Source: Marsupella aquatica
Taxonomy: Eukaryota > Plantae > Marchantiophyta
Assembly (NCBI GenBank): GCA_973895155.1
Contig: OZ316893.1
Coordinates: 14,290,645-14,354,644, forward strand
DNA: 64,000 bases
Direction: 5' to 3'
In this document: positions 62,322 through 64,000 of the stretch, one piece after another
How the letters are laid out: every line of letters starts with the position of its first letter
How positions within the stretch are numbered: the stretch's first letter is position 1
The notes under the pieces: model-generated
Database searches by the model: none
The model's input: the letters and a program-made list of their open reading frames with translations, nothing else
Told to the model about the DNA's origin: nothing
Translations under genes and position numbers: made by a program

Positions 62322-64000
62322 AAAATTATAGGACATTATAGGAACCTATTAAAAAACAAGGAAATAGAAAATTAAAGGGGCGGGAAAAATGACTACATTC
62401 TAAATAATACATGGCAAAATCATGGGTTAGAGCAGATTGACATAAAATATATTGCAAAGCAATTTGAATAAGACAAGAAAGAGAATCCGGCCATATGGCA
62501 GCCTAAAAAAATACTATTCTTGCTAGGAAAATCTCCTGTTTGCTTGCATCTTGAAAACCCTCACCTATAATTCATATGGGTTAGAAACTCTCATAAAATA
62601 GAGAAGAGCTAGATTTGAATGTTCTTACAGCGGCCTATGGTAACGCCAGGAGATATATGAGGTGTAGGGTTTGTCAAGACTTAAGGAGCACCTATATCTC
62701 TTACTAAAAGCAGTCAATAGTTTCATTGCGTGTCAGAATATATACGGGTGATAGAATTTTTGTCCTCACATTTTGCCATGCTTTAAGGCGAGTTTTGTTG
62801 AACTACCATTATCTAAAAAATCGGCAACAAACCCCACACAAATCATGTGGGATTCGTAACCTTTAAGCAAAGAATTGTTCCCCTCTACTTGTAAAGCCAA
62901 TTGTGGTCAAAGTCCATCTTTCACCCCCCAAAAGGCAAGATGCACAGTTGCAAAAGATGCCCTCCCACCATACGGGCTAATACGTAGCTTTGGCGTATGA
63001 AGGGTGTTCCATCCAATTGCTCTCATGAAACATACCTCACTTGCTGATGGTGGCTTTGGGGTTGGTCTTCTCTCTTTTTGGGGCCATCAGGTTCAGCCAT
63101 TGAAAGAGACCGCGATTGTTTGTTTTGGGCTCAATTTTGACACCTTGAATAAAGCTGCAGCACCCATTTACCTATCATACTTTTAATTTTGATCCTTTGA
63201 AGGGAGGACGTTCCGGATGGGATCCTGCTGGACAGCCACAAGAGGCATGGGTCATGAGCTCATGACAATATTAGGGAGTCTCACAACTCAACTGTAGGCC
63301 TGAGTTGGGGATTCACTGATTCAGGGTTAGTCCCATAACTTAGCTTACAGGACCAAGTCATCAATTTAAAAAGTTGAGAGAGGCATCATTGATTCACCCC
63401 ATGAGGGCAAGGCTACTACCTCAGCCCGGTCTCAAGCATACACCCCTTTTCCTTCTCTCTCGGTAAGCTGGCATCCCGAATGAAGGAGTCATCGCCACAT
63501 CATGGCCCCTTTGGGGTTTTGTTTTTCTTTGTGGCCCACTACTGTCTGCCACAAAGGTTTTTGGAACTAGCCTGATTACCCTTCCTTGAACGCAAATAGA
63601 GATAAGACAAAAAAAATCTTGCAACAGTATGTGGTTTCACCTTTGCCCCCATCCCTCTTTTTGGGTATGCACTTGGCTTTCAGTTTTGTCTTTATTACTT
63701 TTGTCTTTATTGGTTAGGTAGATACAGTAGGTAGATAGATCATGCAAATAGTCCCCATAATTATAAAAAGTATTTCACGGAGGTTCATGCAGGTTATTCA
63801 AGTCTATCTGGGCATGTTGGAAAACTCGGAGGTCCATCCTGAGGACCTGAGCGGCTACTTTTCCTCCTCCCTGGGCGAAGGGATTAAAGAGAAATAAATG
63901 TTATTATTCCTACGGTATGGGGATCCACCAGCCGCCGGCATTCATGTCAGACGAGGCGAGCATCCCATCCTTAGCTCTGCAGACTGCAGTTCCCATCCAT

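Overview
Eukaryotic land-plant genomic DNA. A non-seed plant such as a bryophyte is likely, but that is inference. Six host genes are supported: an intronless U-box/ARM E3 ligase, a small Cys-rich tail (CYSTM-like) protein, an intronless mitochondrial ADP/ATP carrier, an intronless alpha/beta hydrolase, a 16-exon isovaleryl-CoA dehydrogenase and a 4-exon plastid acyl carrier protein. The intergenic space is rich in mobile elements. These include a structurally intact PIF/Harbinger transposon (14-bp TIRs, TTA TSD, two convergent ORFs), clusters of mini-Helitrons, Tourist- and Mutator-like MITEs, a decayed CRE-like non-LTR element with a restriction-like endonuclease, and L1-like LINEs. The most unusual observation is two copies of a ~1.49-kb solo-LTR-like element with non-canonical AGT...ACT termini, each with its own 5-bp TSD. 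One copy sits just after the RT catalytic motif of a LINE and itself carries a TG...CA solo LTR, giving three-level nesting. No RNA genes or CRISPR arrays were recognised.
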